Assembly (NCBI RefSeq): GCF_020745735.1
Contig: NC_083444.1
Span: forward strand, 9,864,338-9,928,337
Direction: 5' to 3'
Source: Hemiscyllium ocellatum
Taxonomy: Eukaryota
Length of the DNA stretch: 64,000 bases
The translations under genes were made by a program, and so were the position numbers. Shown piece by piece: positions 1 through 11,576 of this stretch; within the stretch, counting starts at the first letter, position 1, and each line of letters opens with the position of its first letter. The notes under the pieces were generated by a model that saw nothing but the letters and a program-made list of their open reading frames with translations, was not told the DNA's origin and searched no databases.

Positions 1-590
1 TAATTGTTGGTGATGGCCCAAGTTTGGAGTGGGTTGGGAGATAATTGTTGGTGATGTCCAACTTTGGAGTGGGTTGGGAGATAATTGTTGGTGATGACCA
101 AGTTTGGAGTGGGTTGGGGGGGGTGGAATTGTTGGTGATGGCCAACTTTGGAATGGGGTCAGGGGTCATTGTTGGTGATGTCCAACTTTGGAGTGGGTTG
201 GGAGATAATTGTTGGTGATGGCCCAACTTTGGAGTGGGTTGGGAGATAATTGTTGGTGATGGCCCAACTTTGGAGTGGGTTGGGAGATAATTGTTGGTGA
301 TGGCCCAACTTTGGAGTGGGTTGGGAGATAATTGTTGGTGATGGCCCAAGTTTGGAGTGGGTTGGGAGATAATTGTTGGTGATGACCAAGTTTGGAGTGG
401 GTTGGGGGGGCGGAATTGTTGGTGATGTCCAACTTTAGAGTGTGTTGAGGGAAAATTATTGGTGATGTCCAACTTTGGAGTGGGTTGGGAGATAATTGTT
501 GGTGATGGCCAAGTTTGGTTTGGGGGGGGGGGTCACAGTTGTGATGGCCAATTTTGTTGTTGGGAGGTGGGGGGGGGGTCATTGTTGGTC
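1..590. repeat. 41-bp G-rich minisatellite upstream of the vigilin promoter
   Basis: Unit TTGTTGGTGATGGCCCAACTTTGGAGTGGGTTGGGAGATAA starts at 209, 250 and 291 (41-bp period), runs off the window start and decays toward about 590. Confidence 0.95.
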
Positions 591-770
591 ACGTGGGTGA
601 AATCCTCACTGAGTGTGTTTGGAGTTCCCCCTCCTGGCTACGGGGCGTATGGATACAGTCCCAGAGGTGGAGTTTGGGGGTGGGGTGTGTGTGGGACGTG
701 CAACGTCATGACGTCAGGGGGACGTCTGACGGTGGCGGAGTGATCCCCGGGAGGGGGGGGGGCGGAGCGG
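588..770 (+). promoter_or_regulatory. Candidate CpG-rich promoter of the vigilin gene
   Basis: E-box GTCACGTG 588-595; perfect CRE TGACGTCA 709-716 flanked by ACGTCA 703-708, GACGTC 721-726 and TGACG 727-731; GC box GGGCGG 760-765; dense CpG; strong splice donor at 820/821. Confidence 0.7.
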
Positions 771-820
771 GAAGGCTCGCGCTCGATGTCGGCTCCAGCT
801 CGAGACGGCGGCGGCGCTCG
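740..820 (+). other. HDLBP: Predicted first (5' UTR) exon of vigilin; start approximate
   Basis: CpG-rich segment ending in the donor TCG|GTGAGT at 820/821, just after the CRE/GC-box cluster. Confidence 0.6.
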
Positions 821-1324
821 GTGAGTGGGAACGGCGGGGGGCGCTAGTTAACCCCCTTAACTAGCGACATAACTAGCGAAACCAGCACCCCCACCCTCTG
901 TTTCCAATAATAATACAATCCCCGTGACCCTCGGGAGGGGGGTAAGCGGCGAAGCTGGTTATCATTGACCACCAGCAGATCACCAGCTGGTTAAGCGCTA
1001 GTTAAGCGCTAACCAGGGCCTGGGGTTATTTCTCTCCGCCCCGCAATACACACATCCGAAACAAAACCCATCCTGAATACAGGGGGGGTCAGCGGACCTC
1101 GATTGATTTTCTCCCCCGGAGCCTGAACGTTAGGCCCCGGCGTCGAGGAGGCAGCTCAGCCCCGGCCCTGGGACCCCGGGGGGGGGGGGGGGGGGCAGGA
1201 GGAAGATGCTGTCCTCCCCCCGCCTCCCTCACCAAGAGAAGCAGCAGCTGTGCCAGGGAGCATAGAGGGATGGGTGCCCCCCCCCCCCCCCAGCAACAAC
1301 AACATCATCATTCACTCAAATTCC

Positions 1325-2980
1325 CTTGACTTATCCCCATCCTCCTCCCCCCCATCCCCATCCCCCCATCCTCCTCCCCCCCATCCTCCTCCCCCCCATC
1401 CCCATCCTCCTCCTCCTCCCCCCCATCCCCATCCCCCCATCCTCCTCCCCCCCATCCTCCTCCCCCCCATCCCCATCCTCCTCCTCCTCCCCCCATCCCC
1501 ATCCTCCTCCTCCCCCCATCCCCATCCTCCTCCCCCCCATCCCCATCCTCCTCCTCCCCCCCATCCCCATCCTCCCCCCCCCCCCATCCCCATCCTCCTC
1601 CCCCCCCATCCCCATCCTCCTCCCCCCCCATCCCCATCCTCCTCCTCCTCCCCCCCATCCCCATCCTCCTCCTCCTCCCCCCATCCCCATCCTCCTCCTC
1701 CTCCCCCCATCCCCATCCTCCTCCTCCCCCCATCCCCATCCTCCTCCTCCTCCCCCCATCCCCATCCTCCTCCTCCTCCCCCCATCCCCATCCTCCTCCC
1801 ACCCCCCCATCCCCATCCTCCTCCTCCCCCCACCCCCCCATCCCCCCATCCCCCTCCCCCCCCACCCCCCCATCCCCCCACCCCCATCCCCCTCCTCCCC
1901 CTCACCCCCCTCCTCCCCCATCCCCCTCCTCCCCCATCCCCCTCCTCCCCCCATCCCCCTCCTCCCCCCATCCCCCTCCTCCCCCCATCCCCCATCCCCC
2001 CATCCCCCATCCCCCCATCCCCCTCCTCCCCCCATCCCCCTCCTCCCCCACCCCCCCCCTCCTCCCCCGTCCCCCTCCTCTCCCCGTCCCCCTCCCCGTC
2101 CCCCTCCCCGTCCCCCTCCCCGTCCCCCTCCCCGTCCCCCTCCCCGTCCCCCTCCCCGTCCCCCTCCCCGTCCCCCTCCCCGTCCCCCTCCCCGTCCCCC
2201 CCCCCGTCCCCCTCCCCCTCCTCTCTCCCCCTCCTCTCTCCCCCTCCTCTCTCCCCCCCCGTCCCCCTCCTCTCTCCCCCCCCCGTCCCCCCCCCCGTCC
2301 CCCTCCTCTCTCCCCCCCGTCCCCCTCCTCTCTCCCCCCCGTCCCCCTCCTCTCTCCCCCCCGTCCCCCTCCTCTCTTCCCCCCCGTCCCCCTCCTCTCT
2401 TCCCCCCCCAGCCCCCATCCTCTCTTCCCCCCCCAGCCCCCATCCTCTCTTCCCCCCCCAGCCCCCATCCTCTCTTCCCCCCCCAGCCCCCATCCTCTCT
2501 TCCCCCCCCAGCCCCCATTCTCTCTACCCCCAGCCCCCATCCTCTCTACCCCCAGCCCCCATCCTCTCTTCCCCCCCCAGCCCCCATCCTCTCTTCCCCC
2601 CCCAGCCCCCATCCTCTCTCCCCCCCCAGCCCCCATCCTCTCTCCCCCCCCAGCCCCCATCCTCTCTCCCCCCCCAGCCCCCATCCTCTCTCCCCCCCCA
2701 GCCCCCATCCTCTCTCCCCCCCCAGCCCCCATCCTCTCTCCCCCCCCAGCCCCCATCCTCTCTCCCCCCCCAGCCCCCATCCTCTCTCGCCCCCCCCAGT
2801 CCCCATCCCCTCTCGCCCCCCCCCAGTCCCCATCCCCTCTCGCCCCCCCCAGCCCCCATCCCCTCTCGCCCCCCCAGCCCCCATCCTCTCTCTCTCCCCC
2901 CAACCCCTTTTCTCTTCCCCCCCCATCCTCTTTCCTCTTCTCTTCCCCCATCCCCTTTCCTCTTCTTTCCCACCCCCCCA
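1325..2980. repeat. Compound C-rich polypyrimidine tandem repeat, about 1.65 kb
   Basis: Successive sub-arrays: (CCCCATCCTCCT..)n, 12-mer CCCCGTCCCCCT at about 2080-2200, and about 22-mer CCCCCCAGCCCCCATCCTCTCT at about 2400-2890. Source of the spurious Pro/Gly ORFs. Confidence 0.97.
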
Positions 2981-3297
2981 TTGCATGCGCGCTTACACGC
3001 ACACTGATGACTGACACACAACACGTGCACACACACACACACGCGCTGTGATGACTGCAGGTTGCGAGTGTTTCCAAAGCAACGTTGTGTGTAAACTGCA
3101 TTCACAGTGTGCGCGTGTGTCTCGTGGCCTTCATTTCCTTTTGAGTTGTGTTTTTTTTTTAAATATAAAAAGGGAAAGATGAAATGTGTGTTTGTACAGC
3201 GCCTCTTCCTGTGAACACGGGACGCTCCATGTTGCTTTGGTGCTGATGAGGTGCAGTCTCTGCTGTCACCTGGGAATGATAACTTCTCATCTGAATG

Positions 3298-3755
3298 ATA
3301 GCATAGAACATAGAAAAGTATGGCACAGAACAGGCCTTTTGGCCCATGATGTTGTGCTGAGATTTAATCTAATGTAAAATATGGTAACTTAACCTACACA
3401 CACCCCTCAACTCACTGCTATCCATGTGCGTGTCCAGCAGTCCCTTAAATGTCCCTAATGACTCTGCTTCCACCACCACCGCTGGCAACGCATTCCATAC
3501 ATTCACAACTCTCTGCATAAAGAACCTACTTCTGACGTCTCCTCTATACCTTTCTGCTAATATCTTAAAACTATGACCTCCTGTACCATTCAATCTTACC
3601 CTGGGGAAAAGTCTCTGGTTATTGACTCTATTTATTACTCTCATTAGTTTGCACACCTCGATTAGGTCTCCTCTCTCCCTCCTTCTCCCCAGAGAGAAAA
3701 GTCCGAGCCTAGTCAACCTTTCTTTATAAGGCAAGCCCTCCAGTCCAGGCAGCAT
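3298..3755 (-). mobile_element. CR1/HER1-type LINE 3' fragment
   Basis: Minus-strand translation YKERLTRLGLFSLGRRRERGDLIEV...GHSFK...FFMQRVVNVWNALP matches the CR1 ORF2 C-terminus, followed by the 3' tail. Confidence 0.9.
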
Positions 3756-4694
3756 CTCTGAAACTGCAACACTCCTGCAGTCCTGTTCTTAAAATGTAGA
3801 CCTGGAGTTTGCACTTGAGTCTCTGGGACCCACAACCTTCCGGCTCGGAGCTCAATTGAAAGTACAGTTGATCCCAAATCAGTTGATACCGCACACTGTA
3901 GCAGTAGCAGGTCCTGGGGACCCTCGGTGCTGCTGAAGGCTCTCTACCAAAGGGTCACACTTTGTTTACGGACTGAAGTGTGTACCAATGGACTGTTCCA
4001 CCACAAAAGGCATCATCACCCATTCTTACAGATGCCCACGCTCAGTTGATCTCCAGTGATGACAGGGAAGAGTGTGTGTTGCTGGAAAAGCACAGCCAGG
4101 GCAGGTTACGTCTGAGGAGCAAGAGAATCGACGTTCCTGTCATGATCATCTGGTGACAGGGAACCAGGACTAGTGGTTAATGGGTGTTTTTTTTGCCCAG
4201 CCTGGAGTGGGGCTCCAGGGGTTTTAGTGGGGATCCTTGCCCCTCCTTTGAGTATTACTGATAGGTGCACAGGGTACAATTTGAGCATTTGCTTAAGTTG
4301 TAGAGCTTTTGAGAACTGTGAGGAAGCTGGCACAGAGCTTCAAAAGGACATGGACAGGAGTGGCTAGAAAAGTGGCAAGTGAAATTCAGCTGTTAAGAGA
4401 CATCAGTTTGGAAGGTGCTATTGGAGGAAGTTCAGTGAGTTAATATTACTCACTGCTGCCATTGAACATCAGAAATGGAGGGGATGAGATGCTGAATGAG
4501 CGGGCTGCTTTGCCCTTGATGGCGATGAACATCTTGAGTGTTGTTGAATCTGTACCAATGCTGCCTGTGCAAGATTCTGCAAATCTGCTAGGAAGAAGGA
4601 TGCGGCAACACCAGTGTCCTCAATCAGACCAACATACTCAGCATTGAGGTGAAAGTGAGAACTGCACGTGCTGGAGATCATCGTCAAGGTTATA

Positions 4695-4806
4695 GTGGTG
4701 CTGGAAAAGCACCATTCATTCATTCCTGATGAAGGGCTTTTGCCCGAAACGTCGGATTCTTCTGCTCCTCAGATGCTGCCTGACCTCCTGTGCTTTTCCA
4801 GCACCA
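4695..4806 (+). mobile_element. Penelope-derived foldback element with intact minimal hammerhead core
   Basis: Ends are inverted repeats (TGGTGCTGGAAAAGCAC / GTGCTTTTCCAGCACCA). Core CTGATGA-A-GGGC-TTTT-GCCC-GAAA-CGTC at 4726-4753. Confidence 0.75.
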
Positions 4807-4814
4807 GTCTAACC

Positions 4815-5262
4815 CATCCTCGGCATTGAGGCAGGGCTCTGACCGCCTTCAATTGGCTACGAAGGCCTGGGCACGTCGTCCATGTGACCAACCCAAGACT
4901 CCTGGCTTCGAAGTGGCATGCGGGCCCCACTGAAGGAAGTGCTTCAGTGATACCCTCAAGGCCTCGCTGGCAAAGTGCGGCATTCCTGCAGGCATCCGGG
5001 AATCACTGGCCCAAGACCGTCCAAAGTGGCAGAGCAACATCCAGGAAGGTGTCGAGCACTTGCTGATGGGGAAAAACGGCAGGCGGAAACAGCAAATGGA
5101 GCATGCTGCCACACCCACCCCTACTGTGACTACCATCCGCCCCAAGTATAACAGAGCCTGCGGTAGCCATGTTGATCAATACAGCCACCGACAAACTCAA
5201 CTGGAAGGTGGAAGAGAGTCGTCCTCTTTTTTTTTTGGTGAGGTATCACCGATCAATGAATG
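4815..5262 (+). mobile_element. RTE-clade LINE 3' fragment
   Basis: Degenerate translation GHVV..RL...RKCFSDTLKASLAKCGIP...LAQDRPKW...IQEG matches the RTE RT C-terminus. Confidence 0.75.
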
Positions 5263-5278
5263 ACTCAGCTGTACAAGT

Positions 5279-5600
5279 GGGCAGCACGGTGGCTTAGTGG
5301 TTAGCACTGCTGCCTCACAGCGCCAGGGTTCCAGGTTCGATTCCAGCCTCGGACAACTGTCTGCGTGGAGTTTGCACATTCTCGCCATGTCTGCGTGGGT
5401 TTCCTCCCTGTGCTCTGGTTTCCTCCCCACAGTCCAAAGATGTGCAGGTCAGGTGAATTGACTGTGCTAAATTGGCCACAGTGTTAGATGCATTAGTCAG
5501 AAGGAAATGGGTCTGGGTGAGTTACTCCTCGGAGGGTTGGTGTGGACTGGTTGGGCCGAAGGGCCTGTTTCCACTCTAGGGAATCTATTCTAATCTAATC
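5279..5600 (+). mobile_element. HE1-type tRNA-derived V-SINE
   Basis: A box TGGCTTAGTGG, B box GGTTCGATTCC, V-domain TGGGTTTCCTCC..GGTTTCCTCC, CR1-like tail GGGCCGAAGGGCCTGTTTCC plus (TAATC)n. Confidence 0.9.
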
Positions 5601-6656
5601 GTACACCTGACTTGTATCTTGGAGATAGTTCACAGCTTTTGGGTGTCAGGAAGTGAGTCCCTCTTAACAGTAGACCCACGGCCTGTCTCTCAGTTCTGTC
5701 GTACTCTGGAGTGTCAGTGTGCTGTAGCATTGCACCAACTCTGTTTCAGAGCACCACTTCTAAATGGATATGGTCTCGGGTATAGGTTAGTGTTAACCTG
5801 CACACTGAAGGCTGCTGATTGAGAAGCTGTTGAGACTGAAAGCATCAGGTATTCAATCAGGCCCGGAACTTGCGCGGTTCTTGAGAGCTTCAATTCACTG
5901 AGCCAGTGGAAAGATTATTCTATCCTTGAGTAATCCTTCTAGCTCTGTAATTTGCCTGCACTGATGTGACTCCCTATCTCAGAGTGCAGTAGGCAGTCAT
6001 TGATGGCTGCGGCTTGCTGTGTGCGTAAGGCTGCCGACTGATTTGGGGGAAAAGTGTTTGCATGTTTCCCATTTGCTCTCCATCTGGGGGAAAAAGCCCT
6101 GGCTTCTGTTTGACACCTCTTCTGCACAGGTCAGGCGATCAATCTCAAAAGTCCTTGGGAACCATGGGAGCATCACCACCCTGGCTTGGTCTGGCCTATG
6201 CCAGTGTTAATTCAGCTCCACACCACCTCAACCCAGTTTGTGTACATCCGCACTCCTTCCTGTACCTCCAGCCCTGCACAAAACCACTGACTATTCCCTG
6301 ATCAGATGCACTGACAGCAAAAATAGAAAATCTGTTCAATATGGTCCCTTTTGTTCCATTTTGAGGTCTGCAGTTTCCAGCGCAGACGTGGGCCATTGGG
6401 CCCATCTGCTCTGTGCTGGTGGTTATACTGTACCTGAGCTGCCTCCCTCTTCTCCATCCCTTTCATTTCTCCCTGTCAGCATATCCTCCTTTTCCGCTGC
6501 ATACGTTAATCTGGCTCCTCCCTAGAGGAATCTGTGTCACACCTCAGCAACTGCTCCTGATACCACGTTCCACACTTAAAGCCGAGAGCAAGAGTTGGCA
6601 GAGGAAATCTGAACAGGTTCGGTGGCATCTGTATTCGCAGTAGATTAAAATCTTCG

Positions 6657-6866
6657 AGGAGAAAGTGAGGTCGGCAGATGCTGGAGTATCAGAGCTGAAA
6701 ATGTATTGCTGGAAAAGCGCAGCAGGTCAGGCAGCATCCAAGGAACAGGAAATTCGACGTTTCGGGCATAAGCCCTTCATCAGGAGGGCTTATGCCCGAA
6801 ACGTCGAATTTCCTGTTCCTTGGATGCTGCCAGACCTGCTGCGCTTTTCCAGCAATCCATTTTCAG
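6657..6866. mobile_element. Penelope-derived palindrome with 82-bp arms
   Basis: Arms 6695-6776 and 6785-6866 are near-perfect reverse complements; minus-strand hammerhead core at 6783-6756. Confidence 0.8.
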
Positions 6867-7217
6867 TTTGGTGGCATCTGTGGAGAGAAGCAGAGTTTGC
6901 ATTTCTGATTGATGTCCTTTCAGTTTTGCTGTGATGACAGGTCATCAACTTAAAAAGTAGACTCTCTTTCTCTGTCTGGATTAAGATTTTCCAGCAATTT
7001 TTTAAAAATCCTATTTCAGACTCCAGGCATCCACGGTATTTTTCTTTTAGAATGGCGTCTGCACTCTGTAAGGTAATCTTCTTAGTCCAAATCTCTTCTG
7101 GTTACTAAAGCCTTTACGGAGCTGTACAGCAGCAGAATGCCTTTTTGAATTTACTTCCAGCGTGTTTCCGCTAGCATTATTGTATTTAATGTTCATTGCT
7201 GCCAGTATACGTGTCCT

Positions 7218-7451
7218 AGGAAAAAGTGAGGACCCGCAGATGCTGAGATCAGAGTGGAGTGTGTGGTGCTGGAAAAGCACAGCAGGTCAGGCAGCATCCG
7301 AGGAGCAGGAGAATCAACATTTCTGGCCAGAGCCCTTCCTCAGAAATATCAGAAACATCAGGAATCCTGATGAAGGGTTCTTGCCTGAAACATCGATTCT
7401 CCTGCTCCTCTGATGCTGCCTGACCTGCTGTGCTTTTCCAGCACCACACTC
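7218..7451. mobile_element. Penelope-derived palindrome
   Basis: Same family as 6657-6866; inverted arms; decayed core GAATC-CTGATGAAGGGTTCTTGCCTGAAACATC-GATTC; imperfect flanking duplication (TTGCT..CCAGTAT..GTGTCCT). Confidence 0.8.
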
Positions 7452-7823
7452 TTGCTCCAGTATGTGTCCTGTTTTGCTAGTTCCTCTCCTGTGATACTAA
7501 TAGTTTGGGCTATTGTAAATATAGGGCAGGTCAAGTGAGAACTTCCGTGAGCCCCCTGTAGGGTTTTGTATGATTTTTGTAGATAATTTGTCTGCTCCAT
7601 TTACAAAAAGCAAATCTCAAATTAAGCTTCAACAGAGTGGCTTTGACTCCTGAATTCTGGGTAACCTGCCCATTGTCATATGCCGCTCTGTACCTGTACT
7701 TCAGAGGCTGGTACTGTCACTGCTGAGTCAGATGGTTATGTGTTTGAGTCCCGTCCTTGGTTAATGCTCCATCCCAAGTGTGTGACCTCTGACCCAACTG
7801 GAAGGATGGAGGCAGCAGATACA

Positions 7824-8135
7824 AGGTCTCAGTGGTTAGCACTGCTGCCTCACAGCGCCAGGAACTGGGGTTCGATTCCACCCTTGGTCAACTGTACATG
7901 CGGAGTTCTTCCTGCGTCTGCATGGGTTTCCTTCGGATGCTCCGGTTTCCCCTCAGACCAAAGATGTGCAGGTTCAGTGGAACCATAAATTGCCCCATAG
8001 TGTCCAGGCGTATGCAGGCTCCATGGATTAACCCTGGGCAGTGTAAGATAGGGGGTGAGTCTGGGTGCGATGCTCTTTGCAGGGTCGTTGTGGACTCGAT
8101 GGGCCGAATAGCCTTCAGTACTGCAGGGATTCTGT
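7824..8135 (+). mobile_element. Diverged HE1-type SINE
   Basis: CAGTGGTTAGCACTGCTGCCTCACAGCGCCAGG head, V-domain and tail. Confidence 0.8.
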
Positions 8136-8523
8136 ACCTAGGATCACCACCCTCCATGTTCCTCTCAAAGCCATCCACACTTCAAACCAAATCAGCTGTT
8201 CCTTCACTGTCGCTTCGATCAAGATCCCTAACAGCTCTGTGGGTGTTCGTACCTGTTAGGTACACCCACAGTCCATGTCTCCTATCACCTACATCTTTGT
8301 GCTAGTACTGAGGGAGCACCACACAATCAGAGATGGTAATGTTTCATGAAGCTTTAAACAGACGCCCCTATCGTTTTATATGTTCATGACATGTGAGCGG
8401 TGCTGCCTAGATCGGCATTGATTGCTCATTCCTAATAGCCCAGGAGCCACTTAAGAGAGAATCACATTATACGCTCAACTTGGCAAAGATGGCAGATTTG
8501 AGATTGTGGTCAGCTTGGACTGA

Positions 8524-8754
8524 AGGAGAAAGTGAGGACTGCAGATGTTTGAGATCAGAGTCGAGAGTGTGGTGCTGGGAAAGCACGGCAGGTCAGGCAG
8601 CATCCGAGGAGCAGGAAAATCAACATTACGGGCAGGAGCCCTTCAACGTGAATGAGGCCCGCATTCCTGCTGAAGGGCTCTTGCCTGAAACGTCATTTCT
8701 CCTGCTCCTCGGATGCTGCCTGATGTACTGTGCTTTTCCAGCACCCCACTCTCG
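8524..8754. mobile_element. Penelope-derived palindrome with mutated core
   Basis: Inverted arms of the same family; core reads CTGCTGA instead of CTGANGA. Confidence 0.8.
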
Positions 8755-9620
8755 ATGGTGGTATAGGAGCCCAATCCCAAGAATATTAGCCTGGGATTCT
8801 CAATTGCTCATTCAACGTCATTACCACAATGCCCCATCTCCCCATTTGCCATCTTGGGTGGGTATGAATGATCCAGCCACATTTTTTCAAAGAAAGGCAA
8901 AGGAGTTCTCTCCAGTATCCACAACCCTTCACAAAGAAGGATTATCCAAAAGCCTGCTACGTGCAAACGGCTGGTTGTATTTCAGAATTGTTAAAGCTTG
9001 GAGGCACTTTGGGAAGTGCCAAGGTTGTGAAAGATGCTATGCAGATGCAAGAGCAAATTACTGCAGATGCTGGTATCTGTACTGAAAACAAAACATGCTA
9101 GAGATCACAGCAGGTCAGGCAGCATCCCTGGAGATAATGCAAGCTAATGTTTCGAGTCTCTCCTGAGGGGATCCTAACCCCTATTCCTTTGCCCCTGAGC
9201 CTGGGCACCATGTTGATTTCTGAGTTGTGGCTGCTGAAGATGCGGAGTTCAACATGCTGAAAGAAACTGCCAAATCTTGCAGACGCTCTCCATAAACAGG
9301 TTATTGAAAGGGCTGTGCTCGTCACTGTGATGTCTCTTATGAGAGTCTGCAGCATGAGTATCCCAGCCTCCCCCCACTGGGTCTGAAGAGGTTGCAGTGT
9401 GAGAGAGGGTAAGATTAGCAATGAGAATTTTAAAGTTTTTAGCGGAACTGGAAGCTAATGTAGGTCAGTGAGCACAATGGAGAGTGTGAAGGTGGGCCAA
9501 TGTGATTCAGCGCGATTTAGGATGGGGGAGCAGAAAGTTTTGGATAACCTGATGTTTATGGAGCAGGATGCTGAGGATTTGGTGACGTAGTGGTAATGTC
9601 ACTAGGCTAGCTAGCTCTAC

Positions 9621-9749
9621 AGGGAGAAAGTGAGGACTGCAGATGCTGGATATCCGAGCTGAAAAATGTGTTGCTGGAAAAGCGCAGCAGGTCAGGCAGC
9701 ATCCAAGGAGCAGGAGAATCGACGTTTCTGGCATTAGCCCTTCTTCAGG
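9621..9749 (-). mobile_element. Penelope-derived single arm, nested in another SINE head
   Basis: Minus strand CCTGAAGAAGGGCTAATGCCAGAAACGTCGATTC. It interrupts a tRNA-like head (GTAGTGGTAATGTCACT...GAGTTCAAATCCCACC). Confidence 0.75.
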
Positions 9750-10879
9750 CAGGCTAATGTTCTGGGAATCAGAGTTCAAATCCCACCACGGTAAAATTTG
9801 AATCTAAACAAAGCTGAGGAGATCTGCTAAAGCAGTTTGTGTCAAGTTGCGATACTCGTTTTAATGCACTTCCTCTGCCCTGGATCTGTACTATTGAGCT
9901 GAACCTTGAACTGAGCTAATGAAGCTTGGGGAATTCATAGTTATTTAAAACTTATTTCTGGGAACAATTTGCGGGTTTAATGTTTAGTCATTGCTTTTAA
10001 TTAAAAACAGATTTGAGATTGAGTCCAGCTAAAACTAAGCCTGGTGTTCTTTGAGTGAAATTAGTACAAATGGCATTTGTTATCTTTGGAGTTGGCGTGA
10101 TTTTCCTGTGACAGCTGGTTAAGATGGAGTGCTATGTTCTCCCCTCCTGGTCCACACTTCCATGCTTATCAGTTGTGATTGGGCACTTGAATGACATGTT
10201 GACCCGCTGTTTGACGAAAGAAGGCCTCACAATGGAGTGTGAAACTGCTCTCGTTGAAGCTCCGTACTTCAGGGAAATTCAAGAGGGAATTACCTGATGA
10301 TTTAAGTACAAATCTCTGGTTATGGGGGAAAGGCAGGAGAGTGACTCAGAGTTGTAATGTTGATTCAGAGAGCCAGGTGCAGACAAGGCTGGGGCTGAAC
10401 AGCCTCCATCTGCTTTGTAACAGTTCTGTAATTCTCTGAATTTCCAACAAAAATCACAGGAAGAAAGAGATCTCTGGGGTACACCTGAGGGGTTGCAAGA
10501 CATTTCAAAATGCTTTTCTAACCCTTGGAGCACAGTATTAAGAGCAGAATTAGATCAGTTGGCACTTCATGCCAACAACACCATACATTAAGATCATGGA
10601 AGAGCTGATTGTAGTCTCAGCTCCACATTGGTAGCTGTCCCCCAAACCACATAATGCCTAAAAAATCTATCAGTCTCAACTTTGAATAACATCAAGCGCG
10701 GGGAAGGGAACTCCACGCTCGATTGACCCTCTGAGAGAAAATAAACTCTCGCCTCTTTCTTCAAAAGGTATTTTTTAAATTCTTAAACTACGTCCCCTAG
10801 ATCACCTCCAGCGTATCCCCACCCCTGTCCAGTCCCTCAGATCTTGCATGTTGCAACCAATAAAATTCTGACTGAAATG

Positions 10880-11210
10880 AACTGTTGTAGCAGAGGAAAC
10901 ACAGCAGTCAATTCGCACACTGCAGACTCCCACAAAAATCAGCATGCCATTCGCAAGTTGATTTATTTCAGTGATTATTGTTGAGGGATAAGAATTAGCC
11001 AGATTTGTGTTCTCTGAAAGACTGCCCATTGGGTCTTGTCTGCCTACCAGACTGAACCCAGATTCAGTGTCTATTCTGAAAAGAGGCCCCAGCAATGCAG
11101 CAGCATCTCACCCACTGCTTCAGAGTGGGGTTTTTTTTTTGTGGTTTGTGGAGTGGGTTTCAACCTGCAGCTTTCTGTCTTGGAAGTGACAGTGCCGCCC
11201 ACTGATCCGC
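10880..11210 (-). mobile_element. Deu-domain SINE relic (SacSINE1/AmnSINE-like); related copies at about 14790-14930, 16130-16440, 21900-22245 and 23820-24000
   Basis: Recurrent motifs ACTCCCACAAA and GTTGAGGGATAAATATTGGCC across the listed copies. Family assignment is from recall. Confidence 0.6.
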
Positions 11211-11415
11211 AGCTGAGACTGTGTGCAACGATGAGGAATGGATGGATGTTCTGCTAGATTTCTCCTCTGACTACGGAGGCACTTGAGATTACCATCATAA
11301 TAAAGAGAACGATATTTACTGATCGTACAGATGTTTGAATTAGGAGCAGCAATGTGTCCTGTGAATGTCACTGACCCCTGACACCCTCTCTGTCTGTCTG
11401 TCTCTCTCATGCGTG

Positions 11416-11576
11416 NNNNNNNNNNNNNNNNNNNNNNNNNNNNNNNNNNNNNNNNNNNNNNNNNNNNNNNNNNNNNNNNNNNNNNNNNNNNNNNNNNNNN
11501 NNNNNNNNNNNNNNNNNNNNNNNNNNNNNNNNNNNNNNNNNNNNNNNNNNNNNNNNNNNNNNNNNNNNNNNNNNNN
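11416..11576. other. Assembly gap (161 N)
   Basis: N run flanked by (CT)n/(CA)n microsatellite. Confidence 1.

Noticed and set aside
1-590. 41-bp array as a CRISPR array or repeat-protein gene
   Set aside because: Head-to-tail units with no unique spacers, vertebrate context, no cas genes; the unit length is not a multiple of 3, so the ORFs just cycle frames.
1250-3105. Long Pro-rich and Gly-rich ORFs (up to 585 aa)
   Set aside because: Open in most frames on both strands because the C-rich repeat lacks stop codons.
8660-8695. Active hammerhead in the 8524 palindrome
   Set aside because: The core reads CUGCUGA (A6 mutated) and helix I pairing is lost.
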